A stretch of DNA of 64,000 nucleotides from Callorhinchus milii (Eukaryota), in NCBI RefSeq assembly GCF_018977255.1, contig NW_024704742.1:43836001-43900000 (forward strand), read 5' to 3'. Position 1 is the first letter of the stretch. Each line of letters begins with the position of its first letter. A program made the translations under genes and the position numbers. The notes beneath the pieces were generated by a model. That model worked only from the letters and a program-made list of their open reading frames with translations, ran no database searches and was not told where the DNA came from. Shown piece by piece: positions 12,901 to 25,100 of this stretch.

Positions 12901-15900
12901 CCACCACTTCCCAATCCACCTCCATCTCATACTGCCCCTGGAAAAATCTCTCCCCCCACCCCCCACCCTCCACCTCTCGGCTGCCTTGGAGTCATCTGAA
13001 CTCATTCCCCTCTGGGCTTCCTCCTGCAATGACCTATCCTCCTCCATCACCCTTCTCCACAGCTCCCTCTCCTCTACTCTCGATTCCCTCGCTCCCCTCT
13101 CTTCCCGAACTGTCTCCTACTCATGCAAATCACCTTGATACACCAGCCATCTCCGTTCCCTTAAAGCCCAGGTGCGTTCCGCTGAGCGTACCTGGCTTAA
13201 ATCAAATCTAATTGTCCACCAGCAGATTTAGCTGGACCATGTCAAACCCTACCGCTCCACCCTTGCCTCTGCTAAATCATTGTTCTACTCGAAGACAATC
13301 TTGGAGGCTAAGGTCAACTCCAGGCTCCTCTTCTCCATCACCAACCGACTCCTCCGCCCGCCCTCTCACGCCTCACCCATCCTCACCTCAAATGCTAACT
13401 GCGAGGCGATGCTGGACTTCCTCGAATCCAAAGTCGAGGGAATCCGCTCAGCTGCCTCTGCTACTGCAACCCCTAGCCCCTCCCCATTTCCTCCTCCCAT
13501 CCCAGCCCCTACCACCCCTCCCTCCACACCCTTGAACCCATCTCTCCCTCGTCTCTCATCACCACCATAACCCGTATGAAACCCACCACCTGCTCCCTCA
13601 ACCCCATCCCTACCCCCCTCCTTACTACGCAGCTCCACCTCCTCGCCCCTCTGCTCACTAACATCATTAACCTCTCCCTGTCCTCTGGTACTGTTCCCAA
13701 ACGCTGTCATCATTCCTATCCTTAAAAACCCTTCCTGGATCCTTCTCTACTCCCAAACTACTGTCCCATCTCCAACCTCTCTTCTCCAAGGTCCTGGAAC
13801 GAGTTGTTACTTCTCAGCTTCGCTCCTTCCTTTCCCGCCACTCCCTTCTCGAACCCTCCAATTAGGCTTCCGTGGAGTCCACAGCACAGAAACAGCTCTG
13901 GTCAAAGTGACAAATTACATTCTGTCCATCAGCAACCAGGGCTCCCTCTGCCTCCTCGTCCTCCTTGACCTCTCTGCTGCTTTCAACACCGTCGACCACT
14001 CTATCCTCATCCACTGCCTCTCATCTCAACCTCCACAGCGCTGTCCTTGATTGGTTCAGATCGTACCTCTCATACAGCCTGCACTTCATCTCCTCAAACG
14101 GCTTCTCCTCTCGCCCCCGGACTGTCTCGTGCAGCATTCCTCAGGGCTCTGTCCTTGGTCCCCTCCTCTTCAACATCTATATGCTCCCTCTTGGTGACAT
14201 CATCCGCAGACATGGGGTCAACTTCCACATGTATGCGGATGACACTCAACTCTACCTCTCTGCCTCCACCCTTGACTCCAGGACCACTGCTGTGCTGTCA
14301 GAATGTCTGTCAGACATCAAGTCCTGGATGAGAGCTAATTTTCTTCCGTTGAACGTCAACAAGACCGAGGGTCTCCTGATTGGCTCCTGTCAGCACCTTC
14401 ACACCTCAGGTGCTGACAGCATCCCCATCCATGGTCGCACACTCCACCTTCCTAAGCCACTCCGGAACCTTGGGTCTCATTTGACCCTCAACTATCCTTT
14501 CTACCCCACATCTGCGCCATGACCCGCTCTGCCTTCCCCCACCTCCGACACTGTCTCACACCGCAGCCCACCAAAATCCTCATACATGCCTTCATTACAT
14601 TGAGGCTCGACTATGCAAACTCCTTGCTCGTCAGCCTCCCCAACTCCTCCCTCCACAGGCTGCAGATCATCCAGAACTCTGCAGCCTGTGTTCTCTCCAC
14701 CAGGCTCCGCGACCCAATCACCCCCATCCTTGCCCAACTCCACTAACTCCCCACCAGAGGATACAGTTCAAGATTCTGGTCCTCACCTTCAAAACCCTCC
14801 ATGGTCTTGCTCTCTACTACCTCTTTGACCTCCTAACCCCCTACCACCCTGTTCGCTCACTCTGCTCAGTGGGCTCTGGCCTGCTTCATGTCCCCCGCCT
14901 TGCTCGCCCCACTATCGGTGGGCAGGCCTTCCGCCACTCTGCCCCAACCCTCTGGAACTCCATCCCGCAGTCCCTCCATCTCGCCGCCTCCCTCGCCACC
15001 TTCAAGACCCACCTGATGACCCTCCTCTTTGACCATGCTTTCAATCTCCCTGCTTCCCCCCTTGCCCTCTCTCCTCCTCCACCCCGACACTCAGCTCAGG
15101 CCGTAACTCTGTCTGTCCAGCGTCTTGGGATGTCCTCCCGACGTGAAAGGCACTTTACAAATGTAATTTTGTTGTTGTTGTTGCTGCTCCCTCTGGGCAA
15201 TGTCATCTGCAGACACGAGGTAAGCTTCTACATGTATGCAGATGACACACAAATCTACTACTCCATGCTTTCGTCACCTCCCGCCTCGACTATTCAAATG
15301 CTCTCCTCCCCGGTCTTCCCAGCTCCACCATGCACAGCATCCAGCTGATCCGCCACTTGCATACTCACCGTAACCTCATCACACCAGTCCTAGCCAGGCT
15401 GCACTGGCTCCCTATCACTGAACAGATCGATTTCAAGATCCTCAAACTTGTGTTCAAATCCCTTCATTGCCTGGCACCTCCCGACCCCTCTGACCTTCTT
15501 ATTCCCCAACCCACTACCCACTGCCTCGCTTGACTGACTCTGGCCTCCTGTTCCATCTGTTCCATCATTTGGTGGCCATGTTTTCAGCCACTACCCCTTG
15601 AAACTCTTCCTCTATCCCTTCGCCTTGCCCCTTACTTCCCCATCTTCAGATCGCTCCTGAAGACCTTCCTCTTTGACCATGCCTATGGTCACTTGCCCCC
15701 AGCTCTGTGTCGTGCTCCGCCACTGTTAACAGTTCTGGAGCACTAACCTGCGTGAGGGGTGCTAGGTAAATACAAGTTGTTGTTGGTGGTATTGAGAATG
15801 GCTGCTTCAGGCATTTCCGATAGAATTCATCAGTAACCAGTGTAGAAGTCTCCCAGAGCATATCTCGTGGGAAAAACTGAGTTAGAACAATCAATTGACT

Positions 15901-18900
15901 TAAAACTATGGGGAAAAAGTAGATTCTCTGAGGTTGTGTAATTCAGTCAAGGATTTCAGTCATTATGTTGTTATTTATTTTCTTTTGTAGGTAGATTATG
16001 ATAACCACGCATTATACAAGCATGGACACAGTGGTCGGAAACAGTCTCCTGTGCGAATATTTACTAATCTTCCTCCCAAAGATGTTGTTCTTCCAGCTGA
16101 AGAAGGATACAGGTAAATCCCAGATCTGTTGCACAAACATCACTAAAGTTTAGATTTCTAAACTGAGACTGAAAAAACTTTTAGCAATTTTGAAAATTAA
16201 AATGAACGTATCAGCTTGTCTCATGTGATAGCACTCTCTCTTTGTTGAATCAGAAGTTTGTAGGTTCAAGACCCAAATTGTGACTGAGCTTAAAGTCAAG
16301 ACTGACTCTCCAGTGCAGTGCTGGGGGAAAGATGCACTGATGAAGATGCCATCTTTTTGATTAGATGTTGTTCTGAGGTCCCATGTTCAGGTGTTTTTTT
16401 AAAGATCCTGTGGCGCTATTCGAAAATAGTAGGTCATTCCTCCTAATTGTCATGGCCAACAATGTTTCAGATAAAATAAAATGGTCATGGCTGTTGTTGG
16501 AAACACTGCCCTGTGTAAATTGGCTGCTACGTTCACCTGTAAATATAGTTACTCCACTGCACTTTGCAGTAAAGCACCCGGTGAGCACTTTGAAACATTT
16601 CAACATGATAGTGTTATATCAAATGCAAGGATTATTGTTAAGATTACGTGTTAAGAAATTACAAATTGCCACATATTTAGACTCTAGTGTGTGCGGTTCT
16701 AGGTGTCTTTTGGTTTTAAGTTGTAATATACAATTTCTGTTGTTCTTCCCTCAGGTTCTGTTCATTGTGTCAGCGATATATATCCTCAGAAAACAAACAC
16801 TGTGAGAGCTGCCAAGCCTGCACATCCAAAGTAAGCTTGGTTTATTCAGCACTGTCTAAGGGAGGAATTTGTTGTTGATTACAAAGAACATTATATTTGG
16901 TAATAAATCCCAAGTATTGTATTGTTAGCTTGGCTCAATTGCTCACACTCATCATGCCTCTGGGTTGAAAGGTTTTGGGTTCAAGCCTCATCCTGAATCT
17001 TTCATGCCATTTTATTCTTCCTAAAACTTTACATTGATGGTGTGTATTTCATTTCTCTATTAGGATGGGAGAGCATGGAAACACTGTCAAATCTGCAACA
17101 AGTGTGTGAAACCATGTGAGTAACTCATTAACCAATTATAGTGTATCTTATTTTATTGCAAAACCTCACTCCAAAAAAGTGACGACACCATCAGCATGCT
17201 GCGTGACAAGTCCACTTTTCTGTATCTTCACTTTAATACCCTTGCACTTTCCTTTATAAATAAGACAACAAATTTACATTTTTAAAGCACCTTTCACTTC
17301 AGGCAGGTGTCCTAATGCGCTGGAAATATCAAGACTTCCTTGCTTTGAAGGCAAACATTTTTCGACTATTTAATTTGGTTTCAAAATTAAATCTGCGTCA
17401 TTGCCAACTTTAAAATATTTTGGAGAGGGATATGGTACAGTAGAAATAATCTTGTTATAAAATGTGCTTTGAAATAAGTGATGTCAATGGCAACCTTATG
17501 GCCTGGAAGTTGAACATTTTGGCTGCTTACAGCTGGTCAGTGCTGATGGAATTGTCCATCTGTCTGCACACATGTGCAACGAATGGGTAAGTGCTGACTG
17601 GTGATGGGGCCCTGTTGTAAAGTGGGTTGGGATTTTTTTGGGACACCAATGATCGCACTATAAGAAGGATTTCACTGTTTTTGTGTCCCTGCGTCATCCT
17701 GTTTTGCAAAAACAATACTTACTATGATAAACATTTTAATGTTGAGCATGTTCATATTTCGATACATGCAAAACAAATCTGAGATAACTCAGTACCGCAG
17801 TCAAGGAGACAAGGTAACTGGGTCATCCATGATGGCTGTGCGAGTCCGCTGATGAGTTTACTTTTATGGCTCCAACCTCCTGCTTTGTGTGTTATTTCAC
17901 ATCAGTGTCTACAGAGTCCTGTAACTCAGTGGTTAGAGCCCTCGCCTCACAAGCGAGAGGACCTGGATTTGAATCCCGGCAGGGCGAAACATTGGGCAAG
18001 TTTTCTTACTCCACAAGCCTTTTTTACCTAGCAGTAAGTAGGAACTAGGTTGTTAGTCGATTGGCAGATTGCTTTTGCGGGGGTAATAATCCCTTCACAA
18101 AAAAAAATTGGTCACTCAATCCATGACTGTTTGTGGGACATTGCTGTGCGCAATTGGCCTCCTTAATTCGCCCACAAATATACAGTTAATTCACTTTACA
18201 GTATATTCTGTGAAGCGCTTTGAGACGTCTAGAAGAAGTGATAAGATGCTATATCAAATGCAAGGATTATTATTATGATTTGACCATCTTCTGTCCTTCA
18301 GTATTACATTGGCATGAAACTGGCTTGAAAGATTTTAACGCCAGTGTAAAAGGGTAGAAGTAAATTAAATAAACAATATGAAATGGAAGACGGAATGGGA
18401 AACAAGAGGAGACTAAACAGGACAAACACAGGTTTATGAAAAATAAATTTGTTATCAGTTCTTTTAGTAGTTAATATTGCAGCAATAAAGTTGTCCTTGT
18501 GTTTGAGCAGAATATTATTGTAATGGTATTTTTTTTATTCAGTGAGGCCCTTGAAACTTATTGAACTGGTTGGCTTATGAAAGCCCCACATTCTATAGAC
18601 CTGGTACCATCCCAAGGGTTAATATTTTGCCTGCAGTTGTAGATCTGTTGAAAGCTATGAGCATAATAACCTTGTTTTTTGTATCTATGTCAGCTTACTA
18701 ATGGAATTGGTGACCACAGATTTTTAGAGCTGAAACGTCGTGTCTCTCCTTTGTACTGTGGGCAGTGAGGTCAATGTTTGAGAACTAAAAACTAAATTAG
18801 AAATGATTGTGATATTTTGCAGCTTGGGTTCACTGTGACAGCTGTGGACGATGTGCACTTCAGGAACACCCTTGTGGGAAGGTTGGACATGGTTGCTTTA

Positions 18901-19839
18901 CCTGTGGCAGCACTGAGCACAAACGCAGAGAGTGTCCGGTTTCCGAGAATAGAACCACCATGTGAGTTAAACCATTTTATAACCCAGGTTATCCAAGAGG
19001 AATGTCCATTGGATGTTGACTCAGGATATTATTTTCTAAGCTTTCCCAGTTCCTTAATTTTATTCCTGGGTTGTTTCAATTTCCTTGTGTGAATGAACAG
19101 GGCTCAGTCAAAATGGGGAAAGAATGGTACCCTGTCTATTGAGATTGGTTCTTCATAGCAGTGTAAGGACATTTATTCTCTTAAACCACCCCGCCCCACC
19201 GTCCTTTTGTTTCTGTTTTTTTTTTTTAGCTCTTTTGTTCTTTTTCTCAATTCACTGATAATTGCCTGTCCTGTCCCCTGCTAAAATTCTTATTTGGTTC
19301 TATTCCGTATTGCACTTGTGTTTAAACATAACTCTCACCATTTCTAAACATGTCAGAATTCCCTGCTGAGGTTTTTGCATTTTTTTTTTGCCTATTCACA
19401 CTTAATTGTGGCATTTCTTACAGCATTCTATTATTATCTACATTAAACTGAGGCATCCTTCGGTCTGTGTCAGTTGTGCAGGGTGACCCATCTGCCTTTC
19501 CTTTACACACTGTCTGTGCTCTGCAATGCCTCACAGTGGGAGCTTCAAACCTGTGTCCTGTTGCTTTGTGGCACAGCATGTTGGAAATCCTGCATTCTGC
19601 AGCATTGCCCTGTGCAATTGAACATTTGTGTATCTTATTAAAACATCTAAAGGTTTATTTTTTAAATATTTTTGTGCAGGAAAAAATTGAAATCGGGTAA
19701 ACGTAAAATATCAGAGATGGATAAGGAACCTGTCGCAACCAAATTTCAAAGGCAGACACAAGCAAAGAGAGCAAGAAAAAAGAAAAAGGTCAAGTGGGCA
19801 CCTGGAAAATCAAAAGGAAAACCAAAGAAAAAGAAATAA
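6843..19839 (+). CDS. ZCCHC4: ZCCHC4 rRNA N6-adenosine methyltransferase, 3' part (8 coding exons; 5' exons not found, presumably upstream of window)
   Basis: Exons 6843-6915, 9277-9427, 10746-10843, 15991-16112, 16755-16830, 17064-17115, 18823-18961, 19680-19839 have AG/GT boundaries and compatible phases. Joined translation includes [46 protein letters not shown], Cys-rich zinc fingers and a [14 protein letters not shown] knuckle, matching recalled human ZCCHC4. Confidence 0.97.
9277..9427 (+). CDS. ZCCHC4: ZCCHC4 exon with catalytic DPPF motif
   Basis: [50 protein letters not shown]; taatag / gtacag. Confidence 0.95.
9780..10300 (-). pseudogene. TRIM exon 1 remnant (RING end and two B-boxes)
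   Basis: CPQC in a shifted frame at about 10150-10175, followed by [28 protein letters not shown] and QLQERL..SCNE..AFVHC, spaced as in finTRIM/TRIM25 B-box1 and B-box2. Confidence 0.6.
10746..10843 (+). CDS. ZCCHC4: ZCCHC4 exon
   Basis: [32 protein letters not shown]; catcag / gtgagg. Confidence 0.95.
10870..11300 (+). mobile_element. Old CR1 3' fragment
   Basis: Ends aatgggctgtttcgttgctctaacattctgtgattcta, a CR1-type tail. Confidence 0.55.
11404..11720. mobile_element. Cluster of SINE 3' fragments (two tandem on -, one on +)
   Basis: (TAA)n-ccttgcatttgatatagcgc repeated twice, then an inverted piece at about 11657-11705. Confidence 0.88.
12050..12780 (+). mobile_element. L2-clade LINE fragment (RT N-terminal part), decayed
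   Basis: [48 protein letters not shown]-rich; frameshifts. Confidence 0.9.
12780..15183 (+). mobile_element. L2-clade LINE, 5'-truncated, decayed ORF2 with 3' tail
   Basis: SDHHFI endonuclease end, [32 protein letters not shown]; 3' stem-loop and (TTG)n tail. Confidence 0.93.
15185..15790 (+). mobile_element. Older L2 fragment (RT core to 3' end, with deletions)
   Basis: [32 protein letters not shown]; ends aaatacaagttgttgttg. Confidence 0.85.
15991..16112 (+). CDS. ZCCHC4: ZCCHC4 exon
   Basis: [40 protein letters not shown]; ttgtag / gtaaat. Confidence 0.95.
16205..16640 (+). mobile_element. Older Deu-domain-type SINE, near full length
   Basis: tRNA-like head (ggttcaagacc), ctgactctccagtgcagtgctg, aaagatcctgtggcgctattcgaa, shared tail; reverse fragments at about 3940-4125, 29400-29510 and 33930-34065. 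Confidence 0.75.
16755..16830 (+). CDS. ZCCHC4: ZCCHC4 exon (zinc finger)
   Basis: [25 protein letters not shown]; cctcag / gtaagc. Confidence 0.95.
17064..17115 (+). CDS. ZCCHC4: ZCCHC4 exon (zinc finger)
   Basis: [17 protein letters not shown]; tattag / gtgagt. Confidence 0.95.
17913..18276 (+). mobile_element. tRNA-derived SINE, full length
   Basis: A box (ctcagtggttagagc) and B box (ttgaatccc), central domain, L2-like tail, (TAT)n; several copies in window. Confidence 0.92.
18823..18961 (+). CDS. ZCCHC4: ZCCHC4 exon (CCHC knuckle)
   Basis: [45 protein letters not shown]; ttgcag / gtgagt. Confidence 0.93.
19680..19839 (+). CDS. ZCCHC4: ZCCHC4 last coding exon (Lys/Arg-rich tail)
   Basis: gtgcag acceptor in the required phase; KKLKSGKRK...KGKPKKKK then TAA 19837-19839. 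Confidence 0.85.
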
Positions 19840-20299
19840 CAACAACCCAGAGAGGAGACTGTCCAGTATCTGATGACCAGTCACTTTGAGTTGAAACTAC
19901 CTCTTGGTGTTTGCAACAAAAGAACTGCAAAGAATTATCAAAACAAATGTGTTAACCATTGAACGATCTATAATAATAATCCTTGTATTTGATAAAGCGA
20001 AGTGACTGTGTATTTTGTGAACGAAACGCGGCAGCCAATTGCACGTAGCAGTGTCCCCCCTCCCAGAACAATCTCTGAAAGAGGCATTTGTGTTTAGCCT
20101 CTCACTATTCTATGTCATTCTGTATTGACTGCAAACCTGTGTAACCCAGGGTTAGAAATGCAGTTGTATTGGATTATTTAAATGCAGATAATTTTAAAAC
20201 ACCCAGAGTAACTATGGAGAACTTAGCTGTGACTCCTTCATGTCCTCCATGAGATCTGATGGACTTCAGCTTTTGCTTATGAAATTTGGAACCTGAGCC

Positions 20300-20305
20300 A
20301 ATAAA
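20300..20305 (+). promoter_or_regulatory. candidate polyadenylation signal of ZCCHC4
   Basis: AATAAA about 460 bp after the stop, followed by T-rich sequence. Confidence 0.5.
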
Positions 20306-21994
20306 TATCACCTTGTTTTATATTTTAGTCACTTTTGAAGGCTGGTATTTCTATAGGAATATGATTTGAATGGAGAGTCTTTTTTTAAAATACTGCAAAT
20401 GTTTCTTTCCAAAGCAATGTTTCAACAAGACTCACTTTACTTTTCCCTGTAAGTAGGTTAAGTCATTTGGTATTTGTCTGTCGCAATCTTGGATTTTCTA
20501 ACTTGTCATTCTAAGAGGCCACAAAGATGAGATTTTATATACTCAGACGGTCTGATACAGTAATTGCCAGTTCTGTCAAACTCCATTTGAACATGGAAGA
20601 GAGGTAAACAAATGCTAAGCCATTATTTTGTTGACATGAATCATGCTTTCAATTATTTGACCCTGAAATGGTCCAAGAGTGCAATTTTCAGTTTGAGCAA
20701 AATAACAAATACAAAATGTCAAAGCCATCACATCAAAGGCCTTCTACATTAAAGAGCAGGAGAAATGCAAGCACCTGCTCAATGCTTTGCAAATCTATTT
20801 CAAACCTGTAGATATAAAATATTTCTTAACCCACACACATTGTGGTTCTGTTAGTTTCAGCAAACTGCAAATAACTTTGATCCGTAAATTGTTTTTAAAT
20901 TGCAGCATCTTGTTCGAGAAATGGTGACAATATGCTTCTCTCTATATATGGAATAGTATAGGCATTGCAGTGCTGTGAACTAGATAATGTCTGAAACATA
21001 AAAGGGAGAGACTGATTGTGTCAGTAAATTCAAGAGGGATTGGAATTTGACACAAATTGAGGTATATTATTTTTATGTTTGGACTGTTCATTTGTCTAAA
21101 ATATCCAGTAAAATTAAAAACTGGTGTATTCAATATGGTTTCCTTATTGAGGAATCCCATTAAAATTAATCATTTATTAGCCCTCAATAATCCCTAATTT
21201 GATATAGTTCCTTATCACGGTGAAACATCTCAAAATGCTTCACACGATAGGGTGCAGTGATTATTTTCTATGGGTACTAAGGAGAATTAAGGAACTGCGT
21301 GATGAATATTGAATTCAGAGATGCAAATGAAAATGAATCCATGCAAAATGTGTACATTTAAATGGTTGATGGTATAAATTCTGCTTTTCTTCCCCTTATC
21401 GCATGTTCTGTCTGTAATGTAGCTGGGAGGTGATCTGCTCACAGCTGTCTGTCACAGCGGCAGTTTGTTGTGGAAGAGCCCGAAGGAAATCTCCCACTGG
21501 GAATCCGACCAATTCAAAGCCCGCCCAGAGTAGAATAGCTGAGGTTTGAAATCAGGCAGAATTGAAGAACCTGCCCTATATGTAGTTCTGTTCACATTGT
21601 GTTACAGCACCAACTGTTTGCCAACACTCTCCCTCTAAGGGTCAACTAGTTTTTAAAATATATGTAAAGTATTAAGACTTAATCATAAAATTGAACAGAT
21701 TTATTTATGTTTTTGAAACTGTAGGTGTTTGAATTGTTAACTTTTTAAAGCAATTCAGATATACTTTCTTGAACTGCTCGTTATTGCTTGTTGAACATTG
21801 ACCCTTGGCCTGAACTCATTTGAGTTTCTCCATAAACCTCACTGGAAAATGAACTTGCGAAATTTATTGCACAGATGTTCATTCTCATACACAAATTAAA
21901 AACAAGATCACAAGAACTTTTTTGCCACCATCAGCTTCTGTTCATTCAAATGCTGCAGACGTTGAAGTTCGGGAAAGACAAGAGTACATCTGCC

Positions 21995-22176
21995 TCATAC
22001 AAGAAAATAGGATGCTTCCGGCTCCTCTCTCGGTCCACGAGCAGCTTCTCCCTTGTTAAACTCACAGAATCTGCTGAGAAATGGCTGTTGCCTTGACTTC
22101 AGTGACAATAAGCACATTGCAGAGAGGAGGAGAAGGATGGGAGCAGCTGCTGCAACGACTATAATGCCTGTTGTTC
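21995..22176 (-). CDS. LRR gene last exon (TM and cytoplasmic tail)
   Basis: (G)[59 protein letters not shown]; minus-strand AATAAA at 21863-21868. Confidence 0.85.
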
Positions 22177-25100
22177 CTGTTAAAAGGTGTAATCACTGTA
22201 AATATATGTATATATCCTTCAGCTCAATAATAAGAACATTGAATGGTATTTGATTATTACCTTTTCCAAGGAAGGAATCTGTGAGGTCAGTTTTGTTCAC
22301 GGGAGACGCTTTGGTTAAAAATGGCAAAGTTGACACTTTCGAGCAGTTAAAGTGAACAAGCGAGAGTTGTGCCACCTGATGTCCCCTGAGACGTTTGGGA
22401 TTTTCACACATCATATCCACCTGTATCTGCATCCACAAAACACATTGCTCAAAGTGGTGACTGTAAGTGAATTCTGGATTCATACCTTTTTGGCTCTCTG
22501 TCCAATACAATTTTGGGAGTCAGATTAGTGTCCACGTCATTAAAACTATGAAAGTCATCCTACTTTTTTTTTATTGCCAATAATTGTCTCCAGAAAAAGT
22601 TCTTGGTGAGGTAACTCAGCACAGACAGCAAATTAGACCTGCAACCTTCTAGTTCAACATCTATTCATTGGATAACCTTGCAGAGATCACAGTGAAGAGC
22701 TGATTTTTTTTCACAAATGAAATGTAGTCCATACTATGAAGTTGGTCTTTATCTCCAAAACACCACACAGCTGATGTGCAATAACGAGGTCTAATTTGCA
22801 AGGTTTTCAGAAGGATTTGTAAATAATGAATCCAGGGAGTAGGTATGTGTCGAATGCCACCTAAACAATTTACATTTACATAGCGCCTTTCATTTTGGGA
22901 AGACGTCTCAGCACTTCCGTGTTTAATGGTCACCTGAGCTGAGGGTGGGAACCGAGGGGGTAAGAGGATCAAGATGACTGAAAGCCTAGTTGAAGAAGTA
23001 CATTTTGAGATGTGTCTTGAAAGAGTGGAGAGACAGGAACTATGGGAAGGAGTTCCAGAGAGCGGTGGCAATGGTCACTGGCAGGTGAAGGAATTTGATT
23101 TAAATGAAAGTTTGCAAAGTATCGCATGGTTTAAATTTCCACGATGCCAGATTGTGGCCAAAGGTGGCTCCTGGCCTGGAGATTGACATCTGCAGCAATC
23201 ACAGGGCTGGTTGGAGACACATTTGCAGGATCCACTATTTACAAATCATTTTGCAAATCTCACAAATCAAACCCCAATGTCTACACCCATTAACGATGCA
23301 TAAAAATAAAAAAAAAGCACTATGAGCCATAATTCTTGGTCAAGCCCCAAAAAATAACCCTGAGCATAAATATGTGTAAAGTCACGCACTTGATGTCAAG
23401 TTTGCTATTACGCTGCAGAGCATAATTATGCCGCTTGAATGTAATGACAGTCGATGTAAGGCACATTTTCTGAATGAAATTGCAGCAGTTAAGTAAAAAT
23501 TACTGATGCATGTTTTCCCATTATTTTTTACACGCTGGTCTCTTGCTCACATACCTTGACAATCTCCAGCCATTTCTTTAGTGCGCACATGTTGGCATCA
23601 CAGTGAAATGGGTTTTGGGTCAGATTAATGTCCACAGCGCCACCCGCTGACCAAACGATGGGATTTAGCGTCTCTTCAGAAAGGGTCGCAAGTTCATTCC
23701 CAGACAAGTCTAACAACTTGAGGTTCTTCTGCGAGCGGAAGGCTGTTTTGCTTATAAATGTAATTCCTGAGCCTGCAATAAGATTAAATAGTTTTAAAGT
23801 AAATCTCTGTCCTTCCTTCCTGTCACTCGTCAAAAGCAGGTAAAGCAATTTGATTTAAACGGAAAGTGCACAGTAAAACAGGTCAAGTTGTTAACTTGAA
23901 ACATGCGGTTAATTATATTATTGTTTGCACATCTGTCATACAACTCTCAGCAACAAGTCAATCAAATCATAATTAATGCGATTATAGAAACAGCGCATTC
24001 AGCCTGATGGTTGATATATTACTAAACAAGGTGAAAAATAAGATCTGAAGCCTTTATAGACACATTATTTCAATAGGAAACCAAAAGAAAGAAGCAAGTT
24101 TGTTTCTTATCCAAAATGTAAAGAATTTGGGTTTTTAACAACAGGCCAATCCTATTATAAAGCAATAGTTTGGGTCGATAAAGTCAAATACTCCTTAGAT
24201 TTGATACAGTGCCTTATGTCATCGCATCATCTCAAAGTGCTTCACAAAATATACTGTAGAGTGAATTGACTATATTTGTGGGCGAAACGTAGCAGCCAAT
24301 TGCGCACAGCAATGTCCCACAAACAGTCGTGGATTGAAGTGACCAATTTATTATTATTTTTTTGAAGGAATTATTATCCCCAGAAAATGACCTTTGGTTA
24401 GGAGGAGGGGGCACATCACAGCTAAATCCTACCCTGTCCTTAACCTCTGCTTGAAATGAGCATTGATGGAAAGGGACCAGGAAAATGCATTTTTGCTTAT
24501 ATTGCACCCACAACTGCCCCAGCAATAATCAGCAAACTCAGAGATCAATCTCGCACGCTCTGAACCGTATGGCTCAGTACCTCAGCACACGTTGCATTTG
24601 AGGTTGAATTATTCATGTGTCAAAAAGGTTTGATATTTTTATGTGATAATTTTAACAGTACAATGTTCAAAATCTAAAGTCTTGCGAAAGCAAGTCTTGC
24701 AACAACACATTACATTTGTGTAGCGCCTTTCACGTCAGGAGGACGTCCCAAGTGCTGGACAATCAAGGATTTTTGACAGCACCAAACACAGTAGCACTGA
24801 GTCCCAGCAAATTACCTGTTTCTGCAGGACAGAAAGTGTTATCAGAGTCAGTTCAAGTTACATTAGTGTGTTTAAAATGAGCATGAAATTGGACAACTTT
24901 TACTAGATTTGAAAGAAAATAAAATGAGTTGTGACAAGGACAGATTTTAGTCGGATTATTTAGTGAATGAGGTGCTGGACATTCCTACTCTTCTCCAATT
25001 TATCTTTTATCCTCATTTAATTTATTCTGGGAGATAAGATAAACTAATTTCTTATCATAATTCAACAGAAAGTGTCTTGTTGATTGGGGGACGTTTGACT

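Noticed and set aside
12190..15533. Many ORFs of 60-185 aa (also 41499-43876 and 62280-63791)
   Set aside because: Fragments or antisense frames of decayed L2/CR1 ORF2, not host genes; no intact autonomous element.
17913..17990. tRNA-like sequences (also at 33226, 37955, 48138, 55368, 58048)
   Set aside because: They are SINE heads continuing into a shared body and tail, not standalone tRNA genes.
19865..19920. CTGATGA...GAAA hammerhead-like core in the ZCCHC4 3' UTR
   Set aside because: Stems I and II do not pair adequately and the G-C pair closing stem II is absent.
21470..21555. CCAAT, GC box, TTTGAA and kB-like cluster between ZCCHC4 and the LRR gene
   Set aside because: No associated exon or CpG island; the motifs alone are insufficient.
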